NCBI GenBank assembly: GCA_951406725.2
Contig: OX597834.1
Span: 17,174,001-17,238,000, forward strand
Length of the DNA stretch: 64,000 nt
Direction of reading: 5' to 3'
DNA from: Octopus vulgaris
Taxonomy: Eukaryota
A program made the translations under genes and the position numbers. Below, in pieces: positions 24,453-36,651 of this stretch (position 1 is its first letter; each line of letters opens with the position of its first letter). The notes beneath the pieces were generated by a model. It saw only the letters and a list, made by a program, of their open reading frames with translations. It was not told the DNA's origin and did not search any database.

Positions 24453-27329
24453 TAACGTATCAGTACAGTGAGGTCCAACCAACTCCAGTACTTGAGTAGC
24501 ACTTTTATTAGACAGATGAAAAGCAAGGTTAACCTCTGTGGGGTTTGAACTCAGAATGTAGAGCAGCTAAATAACTTTTTCTTTCTTTTTGTCTGACACT
24601 CTAACAATATTGTCACACTTACCCTGTTTTAAGACTTAGTATTAAATGTTCTGGTAATACTAAGTGAATTGGGCTGCAAGATAAATTAACTCTTACATGT
24701 TTTCCAACTAACATATACTAAAAAGAAAGAAAAAAAAATCAAATGTGTACAATTATTAATACATGCACAAAAGGTTAGTAGCATAAAGTAATCTAGTAAT
24801 TAATAATTATGTTTATGCATTCACTGCACATGTACTTTTTATCACAGGGAAACCAAAGAATGTCTTTTAACTCAAATTAAAAATGACAGATTTAACACAT
24901 AGAACTAAAGATGAAATCGTATTGTGTATAATAAGAGTATAGACAGTTAATTAACAAGTGAACATGGGACTCAGTGGAAAAACCTGTTATAAAGGAGGAG
25001 TGAACATTAAGTATTTTGCTGAGTATTTAATTTATGTAATTTATAGAAAGCAGGGTTGTATTTTCTATTTATTTGTTATTTATATGACATAGTAAGTATG
25101 CACATTTTATCTTTACTTGCCAGTAGAAAGAGGCTTGTGAGAGGTGATTTTCACCTGGTTACCAGGAGCGTGGCCTAGTTGTTTTGGGGTGTTGCATTCA
25201 TGACTGCATGATTGTGGTTCCTATTCTCAGACCAGGTTATCCATTGTGATTTTGAGCAAAATGTTTCATCATTGCTCTCGTCTCCTTGGCTGCAAGTGAT
25301 TAGGCCTGTGATGGACTGGTGTCCTGTTTAGGCAGAATATTGTGAACTCAGTGCTGTCTGGTTGCCAGACACATTACTAGGTCTAGTGGTTAGGGTGTTG
25401 CATTCATAATCCAAGACCATGGTTTCGATTCCCAGACTGGGTGGTACATTGTGATTTTGAGCGAAAGATTTCATGTGGCTCTGCTTCACTCAGCTGTAAA
25501 CGAGTGTGCAATCATGTGGTGATATTTTGAGGCCTTTTTGGAAAAAAGGTGCATTTTATATACCATCGAATACAGCACTGTGTATGTCATAATATTTTTC
25601 TTCTCATCTGATTTTTGCCTAAACTTTCACACATTTTCTGATTTGTCCTTGTAATCTCTCCTCATTTGTGTGATGATAAAAGAAAATGACTGCTGCTTTT
25701 TTTCCACTGCATTCTAGATTTGTATCACATTGACATATTAAAATTGCTTACTGGCCACCACTTTCTGGTGACAGTTAATGTGGATAAGATCTTTTTTTTT
25801 TCTTTCTAACAATGAGTAATTTAGATACTTATCACTTTGCGTATTATGTGGTATCTACTTTAAGCATTGTAAAATGGTGCTCAGGCTAGGTACATCCTAT
25901 TTTTATTGTGAATATGTTGAACTGAAGTGTCAACTCTCATTTAAAGATGGCTTACAGTTGGGAAATTTGGCAGTCCAAGCAGCAATGTTGATAGAAGCAG
26001 CATTTTTTGTTGGTTAAAGAAACAATTGTATAATTGTATTTCTTGAGTTTGACCTAGTATTACAGAAGAGTTTCACAACCATTCAAGAGACTTCTGTTTT
26101 TTGGGGGTTTTTTTTTATGTATGCTCTTGCATAACTTTTGAAACACACAGTCAAGCTATTAAGTTCTTTTAAGTAGTGTTCTCAAAAATGAAACCACATT
26201 GCAAATCTCTAAATTTTGCAGTGAGATGAGATATATGAATTTTAAGTAAATTAGATTTTAGAGTTTCCTTCTTAATCCTTTAGCATTCAGATTACTGTCA
26301 AAATGTTGGAATTTGAATTTGAGATGATCTTTTGATTTAACAAAAAAAAAAATCCTTCTACAGTTAATTTGTTAGCATTTAAACTGGCCATATCAGGCCC
26401 AAATATTCTAGCCATTTTATGATCAAACCAGCCAGCTATGGCCTCTCATACATACCCTACAATATCATTCTAAAAATAAATGATCACATCTTTGAAGTCT
26501 CAAAGCTGCAAGATAATGCATGATTAATTCAAAACAATGTGAATAAATAAGCATTACATTTGACAAAATAATCTGAATGCTAAAAGGTAAAAGCTTTTAA
26601 TTGGTGCTCTTGGTATAATACACTGAAATTATTTAGCATTCTCACTTCTATAATAATGATTTTTTTTTTTATTTAAAAAGAATGGAATCTAAATAATTAT
26701 ATTCCTGTTTGAAATTGATATTTACTTATGTGACTTCTGCATGTTTAAAGCCTCTCTTTTTTCATGGAATGATCTGTTTTGTAATTTTCATCTTAACCCT
26801 TTTGTTACATTATTTTTGCAAATATGCTGCCTTTGTTTCAGTTGATATTGAAGGTAACGAGGAATTTAGTAAAATCACTTTGTCGTTATTAAGTTGGAGT
26901 TTGGAGCAAAAATTAACATGAAATTTTTACAGGTTTTTAGATAACTTTAAAATGGAGAGGTTGTATTATAGAACAAGGGAGAGGTTGGTATGAAAAGAAT
27001 GAAAACACCTGATAACCTTAAAATCCCGACTTTGATTATAAACCATGTAACAAGCCAAGAGTTTACTTCAGTGATATTTTTTATTGTTGAAAGCTGACAT
27101 GGTTGGAATATTTTTGTTGTCACCCATTTTGTTGGTAGCATATCTGTGTTGTTGTTCTTCAGTGTATGTAATAATATCAGTATTTATTGTTGTTGCTATT
27201 AGTGTTTGTGGTACCACTTAATCTATGTTTTCATGTAGATAATATTGTTTACTTTCTTTTACCTTGCCTGACAATATCTAAAAAATATGATAATAAAAGA
27301 AAATTTGTTTATTGTCGTAATAAAGGCAG

Positions 27330-28135
27330 CACTGTGCTCAGATGCTGCTGGGATTGATTTTGCATGTCACCCTTTCAGGATCAATAAAATAAGTAACAGT
27401 TGAGCACTGGGGTTGATATAATCAACTACCCTGCCCTGAAATTGCTGGCCTTATGCAAAAATTTGAAATCATTATTAAAACAGCAAGCTGGCAGAATTGT
27501 TAGCACACTGGACAAATTGCTTGGCAGAATTTCTCCCCTCTTTATGTTCAGAGTTCAACTTCTGCTGAAGCTGACTTTGCCTCTCATCCTCCCGGGGTTG
27601 ATGAAATAAGCACCAGTCAAGCAGTGGGGTCAATGTAATTGACTACTCACTTCTCCCTATAATTTCAAGCCTAGTGTCTATAGTAGAAAGGATCATAATT
27701 ACTAAGGCAGCATGCCAGACAAAATCCTTCCTGGCATTTCTTCTGGCTTTATGTTGTGTGTTCTAATTCTGCCTAAGTTTGCCTTTCATCCTTCCAGAGT
27801 TAAATACCAGTTGAGTACTGAGGTTGACTAAATCAACTAGTCCCCTCCCTCCAAAATTTCAGGCTTTATGCCTAGAGTAGAAAGGATTATTATTATTATT
27901 ATTATTATTAGGGCAGTAAGCTGGCAGAATTGTTAGCATGCCCAACTAAATGCTTAGTGGCATTTTGTGTCTTTGTTTTCTGAGTTCAAATTCTGCTGAG
28001 GTCCACTTTGCCATTCATCCTTTCGGGGTTGATAAAATAAGTACCTGTTGAACATTGGGGCTGATGTAATCACCTAGCCATTTTCCTCCAAAATTTCAGG
28101 CCTTCTTCCTATTGTAGAAAGCATTATTATTATTC
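27330..28135 (+). mobile_element. Head-to-tail array of about four older family-B SINEs with (ATT)n tails
   Basis: Repeated gcaagctggcagaattgttagca...gagttcaa...cctttcatcct...tttcaggcct...gtagaaaggattatt units. Similar arrays at 18870-19435 and 47990-48410. Confidence 0.8.
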
Positions 28136-30022
28136 TGTTGCATTCTAGACTTACATTGACATACTTAAATTTCCTAAACTAGTTTAGTGGCCAACCACAT
28201 TCTTGTGATAGTTTTATGTATGACAATGGTTAGGGTAAGTCCCTACTGTGAGTTATTCTGGTGATATTATACATTGCTTACTATGCAACCAGTGCATATA
28301 AAATTGTGTCCTCTTTAGCCATTGAGTGATCTCTCCACAGTTGATTGACATGATAGAAATACCAGTCAAATATACATAAGACTACAAACTTGATTAGAAA
28401 AAAAAAGTCTCATTGGATACTGAAAAAAAAATAAATAAAAGCGATAGGCGAGGTCATGGGTGGAATGTCTTTGTTCATAGATCTCAAACAAAGTTGACCT
28501 AGAGCCAATCCCAAACTATACATCTGCATCATAAAATGAATTTTATTCAAACTTATCTGACTTGCTTCAGTGTACCTGACTGAACTTCCTTCTCTCTTGA
28601 ACCTTCATTTCCTCTCCTTCCTTCTTCTTGGGCCTTTGGTACCTCTTCTGAAACATTTTACTACCACTTAGATTACCACTGGAACTTTATACTTCTCAGA
28701 CTCTACCATCAGGGATCTGGCTGTTCCCATACTTTATGGGGCTGCTACCCCCTTGGCACCTATGCCACATTCCTAACACTGCCACCACCACACTTACTGC
28801 CACAAACTTACTGCCTTCTGAATAAAATTCAAAACAACTGTATTTCACAAATAAAACTTAACATAATTGACCCATTAATTTGTTTTTACATCCATCGCCA
28901 TCTTTTAGCCAACTCATTATCACCCCTCTCTCTCTGGATCTTTCCACCACCACCCCTAGAGGGGCAGTACAGGCCACTTTGGGAATCACTCCTGTAATCT
29001 GTTGTTGATTTTCTATTATGTTAGGGTTAACATATTTAATATAGTGAACAACAAAAGTCTAATTATGTATAGAGGAATAGCTGTCTTTTTTTTGTGTGGG
29101 ATACAACTGCAGTCATGTTTTGGTCTTGTTAGACCCTTTCAGTAAAGCACTGTACTCTCCAAAGTAGTAGTGATGACAGAATTATTATCTAAATGTACTG
29201 GAAAATTCGCATATTTGAAAAAAGTTTAAATCATTGAGATAAATTACTCAGTGACACTATCTGTATATAAAAACAATAGTTAGTGTTTACATATTTAATG
29301 GATCGAGTACCAAAAGTTTAATTAGAAATATGCTGTGAATTGAAAAGATAATGTTAGTTCAATTACCAATATTATTATTCTTTCACCTGTTTCACCACTT
29401 TGAAAGGTATTTCTTTGTTGATCATATCAACTCCAGTTTTTTTTTTTTTTTTGTAAAGTCTGTTATTTTAATGCTCTCTATAGTATCACCCTGCTAAGTT
29501 GCAGTACATAAACTAACACAGTAGCACGGCCCCTACCCACTTCTGCCCCACCTGTGGGAGGGGCTTCCTTGCCCGGATTGGCCTCACCAGCCACCTCCGG
29601 TCTCATGGCGCCAGTTCCATCAGATGATGTCAGTTGGTCATCTTCGAACCGAAGGACGAACATTATTATTAAACTAACACAGACACATGCATGCACAATC
29701 ACACACTAATAAGCTTTTGCTCAGTTTCTGTCTTCCAGTTTCACTCACAAGTATTGGTTGACCTGAGGCTAGAATAGGAAACACTTGTCCAAGATGCCAT
29801 GCAATGGATCCAGTCCTGACATACACAACTTATCTTATCTTCATAACTAAGCCTGTGCCTAACTTATTGTTAGGTATTTAGGTATTTTCCATTAACATTT
29901 TGAATTCAAATCCCTTGGATCAATTTTGTTTATATAAAGTGATATGTTTTGGGCTGAGAAGTTTGCTTGTAATCATAAGGAGCAAGTTTTTTTTACAGTC
30001 TTGAGCTGACTCTAACCTTTAA

Positions 30023-30242
30023 CCCATAAGCATTTAAACTGGCCATATCCGGCTGAAAGTATTCTGCCTGTTTCATGGTCAAACTAGCTAGATCTGGTCT
30101 CTCACACCAACCCTACAATATTGTTTTAAAAATTACAGGTACCTCATCAAAATCTCATCGCTACAAGATAATGCATGATTAGTTCAAAACAATGTGGATA
30201 AAAAAGGATTAATTTTGGCAGAATAATGCGAACACTAAAGGG
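30023..30242. mobile_element. piggyBac-type MITE (second copy)
   Basis: TTAA at 30019-30022 and 30243-30246; CCC/GGG termini; highly similar to 23002-23222. Confidence 0.9.
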
Positions 30243-31196
30243 TTAAGTGAATTTGGGTTGATAAAAACTGTGGAAGCCTATTATATGGATTCTACTTGCC
30301 CTTGGATGGTCAACTTAATTTGTTGTTTGCTTTAGTACTAAGATCTGGCACCTTGGGTGCTTTTAGGGTAGTTGACTATTGGAAGCATTTAGATTAGATT
30401 TCTGATCTGAGGATAACATTTTGCTTTGTCTTCTGCCAATCTCAGAACCCTGCATAAAGATTATGATGCTGCTTTTCCTCTAAACCACGCTCTTAATCTA
30501 CTTTTGAGTCATGTCAAACATCCTGCTGTTATGGAGGAGTTAATAAAATAAATATAGTTAATTTTCTTTTTAAATTGTAAATCTGTAGGGGAAAAAATGG
30601 GGGAGGGGCAGTTAATTGTCATGTCTGTTGACACAATATACACTTGGCAATTTGGAAGCTTAGTATTACAACAACAATAGCAAAATTATATTTTTAAAAA
30701 AGTATGAGTAACTGGATTTTATTCATTTATTTATTTATTTATTTTTTTACTGGAACATTCCTATCTCTCTTGGCAGAAAATAAACATATAGTTCTGCTGT
30801 AGAATCCTTCTGGAATAATTTGAATTTGGCTAAAAATAACTTACTCTGTCTAGATAAATGCAATCACTGGCTGTGTAGGTCTACTGTTAAAACACTTCTT
30901 GTTTCTGAATGTTTTCCTTTGTTTCTGTATGATAACGATAATATTTGTGTATCTAACCTAGTCTCTTTCCTTTTTTCTTTTTTTTTTTTTCTAAGACTAA
31001 AAACAAAAACTGCTTTGACCGATGACTTGATGCTTATAGCTGGACAGTTTTTTTTTTTCGTTTTTGATTTCACTTAACACTTCTGAAATAAAATCCTGTT
31101 TTTTAATGCTGCTGCTATGCTTTATTATCTAGATGTTTAGTGAAAACATTTTTTTAGGTAATGTTGTCTTTAATAGCCTATGATAACTGAACATAG

Positions 31197-31220
31197 ATGG
31201 AAAAAGGCAAGGGCGGTCAC
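31197..31220 (+). CDS. Weak candidate 24-nt cassette or alternative start exon (MEKGKGGH)
   Basis: acatag|ATGGAAAAAGGCAAGGGCGGTCAC|gtaagt. Perfect GTAAGT donor and phase 0-0, but no good polypyrimidine tract. Confidence 0.25.
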
Positions 31221-33110
31221 GTAAGTTATGAGAGAAAGTTGGCGTAATTAAGTCTTCACATGTGTCCACCAGAGTGAGCATTGTAGTAGAGTTGGTAGTG
31301 AAATATTTCAGTTCTTGGTTGAGTCATCTCACTTCACTCACATTTCATAGTTGCTCTCTATTAGACTGAAGTGTCCTTGACACATTTCAGAAATATGTAA
31401 TCTTTCTTAGCAACCCTAGTGACCCAAAAATAATTATGGGGCCCTTTTCACTTTCTCTGTTTATGTGTGTGTTTTAGTAGCTATGTTGTTAGACCCTCCT
31501 ACACATTTTTCTTTCTTTGCTTCGCGTGTAAATCTATGAAATCCCTTGGCTCTGTGGTAAGAAGTTTGCTTCCCAACCACATGGTTCCAGGTTCAGTCCC
31601 ACTCCTTTGCACCTTGGGCAAGTGTTTTCTACTACATCTCTGGACTGACCAAAGCCTTGTGAGTGGATTTGGTAGATGTAAACTGAAAGGAACCCCTCAC
31701 ATATACATATGTGTATACATGTATGTATCTATGTGCATGTGTCTTTGTATTTATCCCCACTAACACTTAACAACTGGTGTTGGTTTGTTTATGTCTTGTA
31801 GTTAGCAGTATAGCAAGCAAAGACAATAGTATAAGTACCAGACTTCAAGGCACCAAGAGTTGCACCAACACCATAAGCTAGTCCAGGTTATTTTGAATAT
31901 AATATTTCATTCTTAGCATTTATATGTTTGTTTCTTAGTCATTTATTAAATCCCTGTTGGCCTTCAGATATTTATAGCCCACTGTCTCTCTCTCTCTCAC
32001 ACTGGCTGAGTGCAAATGAGGGAGAGGAAGACCACCCAAAAACTAACACAGTACTCTCCACAGTGTTGTAGGGGAACTGCAATTGATCTGGACTGATGCG
32101 AAAACAGCTGCAGCAAATTGCACTCAGTGGAGGCAACTTGTCACCCAGTATTCTGTTAGGAACAGGAGGGATGAAGGTTTCGAATTGACCCTTTCAAACC
32201 CATGTAAACTACTTTTAAAAATATATACCTGGTCTAGAGCTATGGGCTAAACTGATGTACATACATACGTTCAAACATATGGGATGACAATGACTTAAAG
32301 CTAAATTAATTATATTTAGATCTTCTAATTGTTGGTATGTTAAGAAATTGAAATGTGTCTGAGGCATGATGAATTGTCAGCAACATACTGTACTATGCAA
32401 GGATTAAAATTTAGTCTGGTTCAGCTAGTCTCATACCATACGGCTGTCAAATCAAGCAGAATTTAGATTTATGACAACATTTATAACTATCTTGAGGCCT
32501 GGGGCTCATAGAGCCAGTTACTGGGTTTCCATGGTGTATAAGTGACTAACATTATAAAAATCTCCTTGAACAGTATGCCAGTCTGACGCAGGGTGACTCA
32601 AAGCTGAGTCATGTGGAGCAATGTGAAATGAAGTATTTTGCTCAAGAACATAACACAAGCTTCGTCTGGGAATTGAAACCACCATCTTGTGATGAGGAGT
32701 GCACCACCCTGCCACTAAGCCATTCACCTTCAAACAACAATTATTATATGCTTAGCAGTATTTCATCCGTCCTTATGTTCTGATTTCAAATTCCATCGGG
32801 GACAATGTAATTCATTGAACTACTCCTGAGTAAGAGTATAAAAACTGCACCCCTCTGCCAAGCTATGTCAAGCCAGTAGAGCAGCACCGGCCCATCAAAG
32901 CAATATTATCTCAAGCTCAGATCCATGGCCTTCACATCAGACCGTGGTTGGTGGACAGAACATGCTGAGGCCTTTATCCTGCAGTGGTCTGAACATAGGC
33001 AGTCCCTTCCAATTCAATCCAATTTTTTCAGACTATTAACCTCATCTTTAGGTTTGTAAAATACTTTAATATTTATGCCTACACTATGTTTTGGTTGGTT
33101 TTCTCTCTAG

Positions 33111-33120
33111 TCGCCATCAG
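33111..33120 (+). CDS. Candidate 10-nt epsin microexon (TCG CCA TCA G = S-P-S-[D])
   Basis: ttggttggttttctctctag|TCGCCATCAG|gtaaca: pyrimidine-rich acceptor and CAG|gtaac donor. A 10-nt length converts phase 0 to phase 1, which is what is needed to join the ENTH and UIM exons, giving ...SPSDSPTQRRR... Confidence 0.7.
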
Positions 33121-33629
33121 GTAACATATTTCTGGATTTGTACATAGTACCAGACTGGATTTGAATTTGAAACTTTTTATTTTTAAATTCAAAGGTAATA
33201 ATGCTTCAGTTGGCCACCAACTAAGATCTGTCATAGGCCCAAAGGCTGTGAATATCTGAACTTAATCAAGTTTCCACAGCATATAAGTGACTGAATACTC
33301 TCCCTTGAATAGGACACTGGCCCATTGCAGGGTTAACTTTCTAACTGTTGCTAGAACTTATTGGTTGCTGACCAGACTGGAGCAATGCTAAATGAAGTAT
33401 TGTGTTTTTGCTGAAGAACACAAAGCACCACCCTATCTGGAGATTGTTACTGATTTTACAATCATGAGTGCAACATCCCAGCCACTCGGCTGTGTGCCTT
33501 CACTAGGCCACCAACTACTAACCTAAAATATACTGCATACTAGAATATTAATAGAGTGTAGATTATGAAGGAATTAATAATATATATTATGAATCAGTAA
33601 ATAAATTATTATACATAAATAAATAAATA

Positions 33630-33995
33630 AACAAGCACTCATAGAGCACAAACCTCTGCCAAGGCAACACCAATGTCCTCTCAACGATTAGCCAGAGATG
33701 GTTTTTAAAATAAGAATATCTGAAATAAAGTTGACTGTTCTCACAAATGAGAATACTAAAAATGAACCCGACCGCTCTCAAAAATTAAGTAAAAACACCA
33801 GAAAAATAATCCAGAATCCTCATCTGGTACCGGATCGATCTCAAAATCTGATCAGTTTGTGCCAGTTATGAGGTCAAACATCTCTGAAAGTTTCAACCAA
33901 ATCCATCCAGCGATTCTTGAGATATCTTGTTCATGAACAAACAAACAAACACAACTGAAAACAATACCCCTGCCTTTGCTAAGGCGGAGGTAATA
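33630..33995 (-). mobile_element. Helentron-associated (HINE/DINE-1-like) non-autonomous element
   Basis: The minus strand begins ttattacctccgccttagcaaaggcagggg (subterminal IR plus palindrome), then a (GTTT)n microsatellite and a core. It ends with the complementary subTIR ttggcagaggt and a short hairpin before a T-rich flank, which is the DINE-1/HINE layout. Confidence 0.65.
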
Positions 33996-34654
33996 AATAT
34001 ATATGGTTAATATATTTATTTATTTATAAAAAGGGTTTTGATACCTAATTTCACATTCAGACTAAATGCCTCTATTGAAAACACACTTGTTTACTTTTTG
34101 CCAATGTTGCATTGTTATATCTGAACTATTATTTTAGTTACTGACTATTTACATTCTATTTCTTCTTGCACATTTTGTTTTTATTACAACAAAAGATGAT
34201 TACAATTACAGAAGTATTTTTGTCTTTGTTTTAAATATATTTCTTACTGAACATTAGTCTGTTTGTTTCCCAATTGAAACCCCCATCAACCTCTCTAGAC
34301 ATTTTTACCACTCTATCTCTACATGCTTCTAATGCCCTCTTACAGACCTATATAAACTGCTTTTAAAAACATACCTTGTCTAGTGTGTTAAGCTAAACTG
34401 AAGTACATAGATGCATTCAAACCAAACATGTTAAGCCAAACAGGATTAATACTGCTTGAAACTACATTTTTTTTCCCCCTTTGTTAGAATATTGTTGTTT
34501 TTCAACTTAGTGTTGTATTCATTGTTATTTTAATTAATACCAGTTTTTCATGCTTGCATGAGTTATGTCTCTGACTAGATACAGCTGTTGCTTTTATGCA
34601 GAGAGGTATGCAGCTATTTGGTATATACCAGCATGCGTGTGCGTGTACACACAC

Positions 34655-34686
<32 letters not shown>

Positions 34687-34903
34687 ATCAATGTTGTAAG
34701 AATTAAGAAACTTTGAGAGACATGAAATAATTTGCTTTTAACGGTGGAGCTTGAAGTAGATAAAGCTTCGAAACATAGCATGTAAATACAGGATTGAAAA
34801 CCCATTTCATAGCCTTTAACTTTCTCTATCCAGTGAAGTTTTCACCTAGTATTAACACTCTATTATTTGTAGATTTAACTACTTTGAGTTCCACCATTGA
34901 AAA

Positions 34904-34951
<48 letters not shown>

Positions 34952-35169
34952 ACAAAATAAGCAACAAGGATATCCAGAGGTAATGCAGTACGATCGTTTC
35001 ATGCAACTCCATTTAATTGAACAATGCAATCATTTCATCACATCAATTTAAAATGTAGAGCAATCTTCAGCTGCACAAAGACATAGAATTTAATTAAATT
35101 ATAAGGACACATTAGTATAATTTTACCCCAAATCTCCAAGAGGATAAGGAGATAGACAACAGCATCATA

Positions 35170-35211
<42 letters not shown>

Positions 35212-35338
35212 TAAACAAACAATTCGAATAAAAAAAATGTAAAAGGGGACGTGCACAAGAAACATTAGCTTGACACTCGGTAAAAAGAGAGAGTTTAATG
35301 TTTTGAGCATAGCTCTTCATCAGAAAGGTGAACATATA

Positions 35339-35370
<32 letters not shown>

Positions 35371-35790
35371 AAAGGTAAGACCTGAGGATCAAAGTGTAGG
35401 AAGTTAGTAACCTTTGAGCAGTCTTTGAGCAGAAGGTATAAAAAACAACTTTCAGGGACAGTAGTGGTTTATTGATATAGAAGGTTGTAAATTTTTTCCA
35501 TATTGAAGTTCAATAAGCTGTAAAAAGTTATTTTATAGCTCATGGATAGCAGCTGGAGTTAGTATGTATGCAAATAAAAATTGGCATTTTGAATCAAACC
35601 TCTTGCAAGTTAACATAAAATCCATTAATGACAATCTGACCTTCATTTGTCTGAGGTATCTTTGACCTGACAAGTAACTAGCGGATTAACCATTGTTTGG
35701 ATTATCACTACTACCAAGGTTCTTGCTTGTTATGACACATATATAGCCTGGAGTTTATCTACTTTATTCCCTAAATTTGGAGATATATAT

Positions 35791-36118
35791 ATCATCATCA
35801 TCATCATCGTCGTTTGACGTCCGCTTTCTATGCTAGCATGGGTTGGACGGTTTGACTGTGGGCTGGCGAACCAGATGGCTGCACCAGGCTCCAGTCTTGA
35901 TCTGGCAGAGTTTCTACAGCTGGATGCCCTTCCTAATGCCAACCACTCCAAGAGTGTAGTGGGTGCTTTTACGTGCCACTGGCATGGGGGCCAGTCAGGT
36001 GGTACTGGCAACGACCTCGCTGGAATTTTTTACACATGCCAATGATACAGGTGCCAGTAAGGCGAATCTGGTAACGATCCTGCTTGAATGGTGCCTCCTA
36101 CATGCCACTGGCATGGAA
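35791..36118 (-). mobile_element. Retroposon family D
   Basis: (CAT)n tail followed by the shared ccgctttc..gctagcatgggttggacgg..gctggatgcccttcctaatgccaaccactcc body. Confidence 0.8.
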
Positions 36119-36135
36119 TATATATAAATAAAATA

Positions 36136-36651
36136 CACAGGCATGACAGAAGTAAACAGACACCCTTATAATTATTTAAATTTATTTAAATCTGAATATA
36201 TACATTCAAATTCATCATCATTGTTTAACATCCATTTTCCCAGCTGGCATGGGTTGGACGGTTTGACTGAGGACTGGTAAGCCAGGAGGCTGCACCAGGC
36301 TCCAATCTGTTCTGGCATGGTTTCTACAGCTGGATGCCCTTCTTAATGCCAGCCACTCCAAGAGTGTAGTGGGTGCTTTTTATATGCCACTAGCGGTGGG
36401 GTGCAGGGTAGTCAAGCGGAACTGGCATTGACCACACTTGAATTAGTCCACCTTCAGATTGCTCCACAATATGGCCTCTTTGAAATTCAGACAGTTCCAA
36501 GGCTTGCTTTATATGTGGCATGATTATACAGTCGCATATAGAACCTGAAACATAAAAATATCCGTTTAATAAAAAATACAAACCATTTCAAGTTAAAATA
36601 AGTATAAAACAATGTTTTATGGGGTGTCTATTTACTTCTGCCGTGTGTGTG
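36136..36651 (-). mobile_element. Internally deleted Tc1-like transposon retaining the transposase N-terminus, with a nested family-D insertion (~36212-36436)
   Basis: ~30-bp TIRs cacaggcatgacagaagtaaacagacaccc / ggggtgtctatttacttctgccgtgtgtgtg, TA flanks. Minus-strand MPHIKQALELSEFQRGHIVEQSEGG resembles the paired-like HTH start of Tc1 transposases (ELSxFxRGxIV). Confidence 0.8.
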
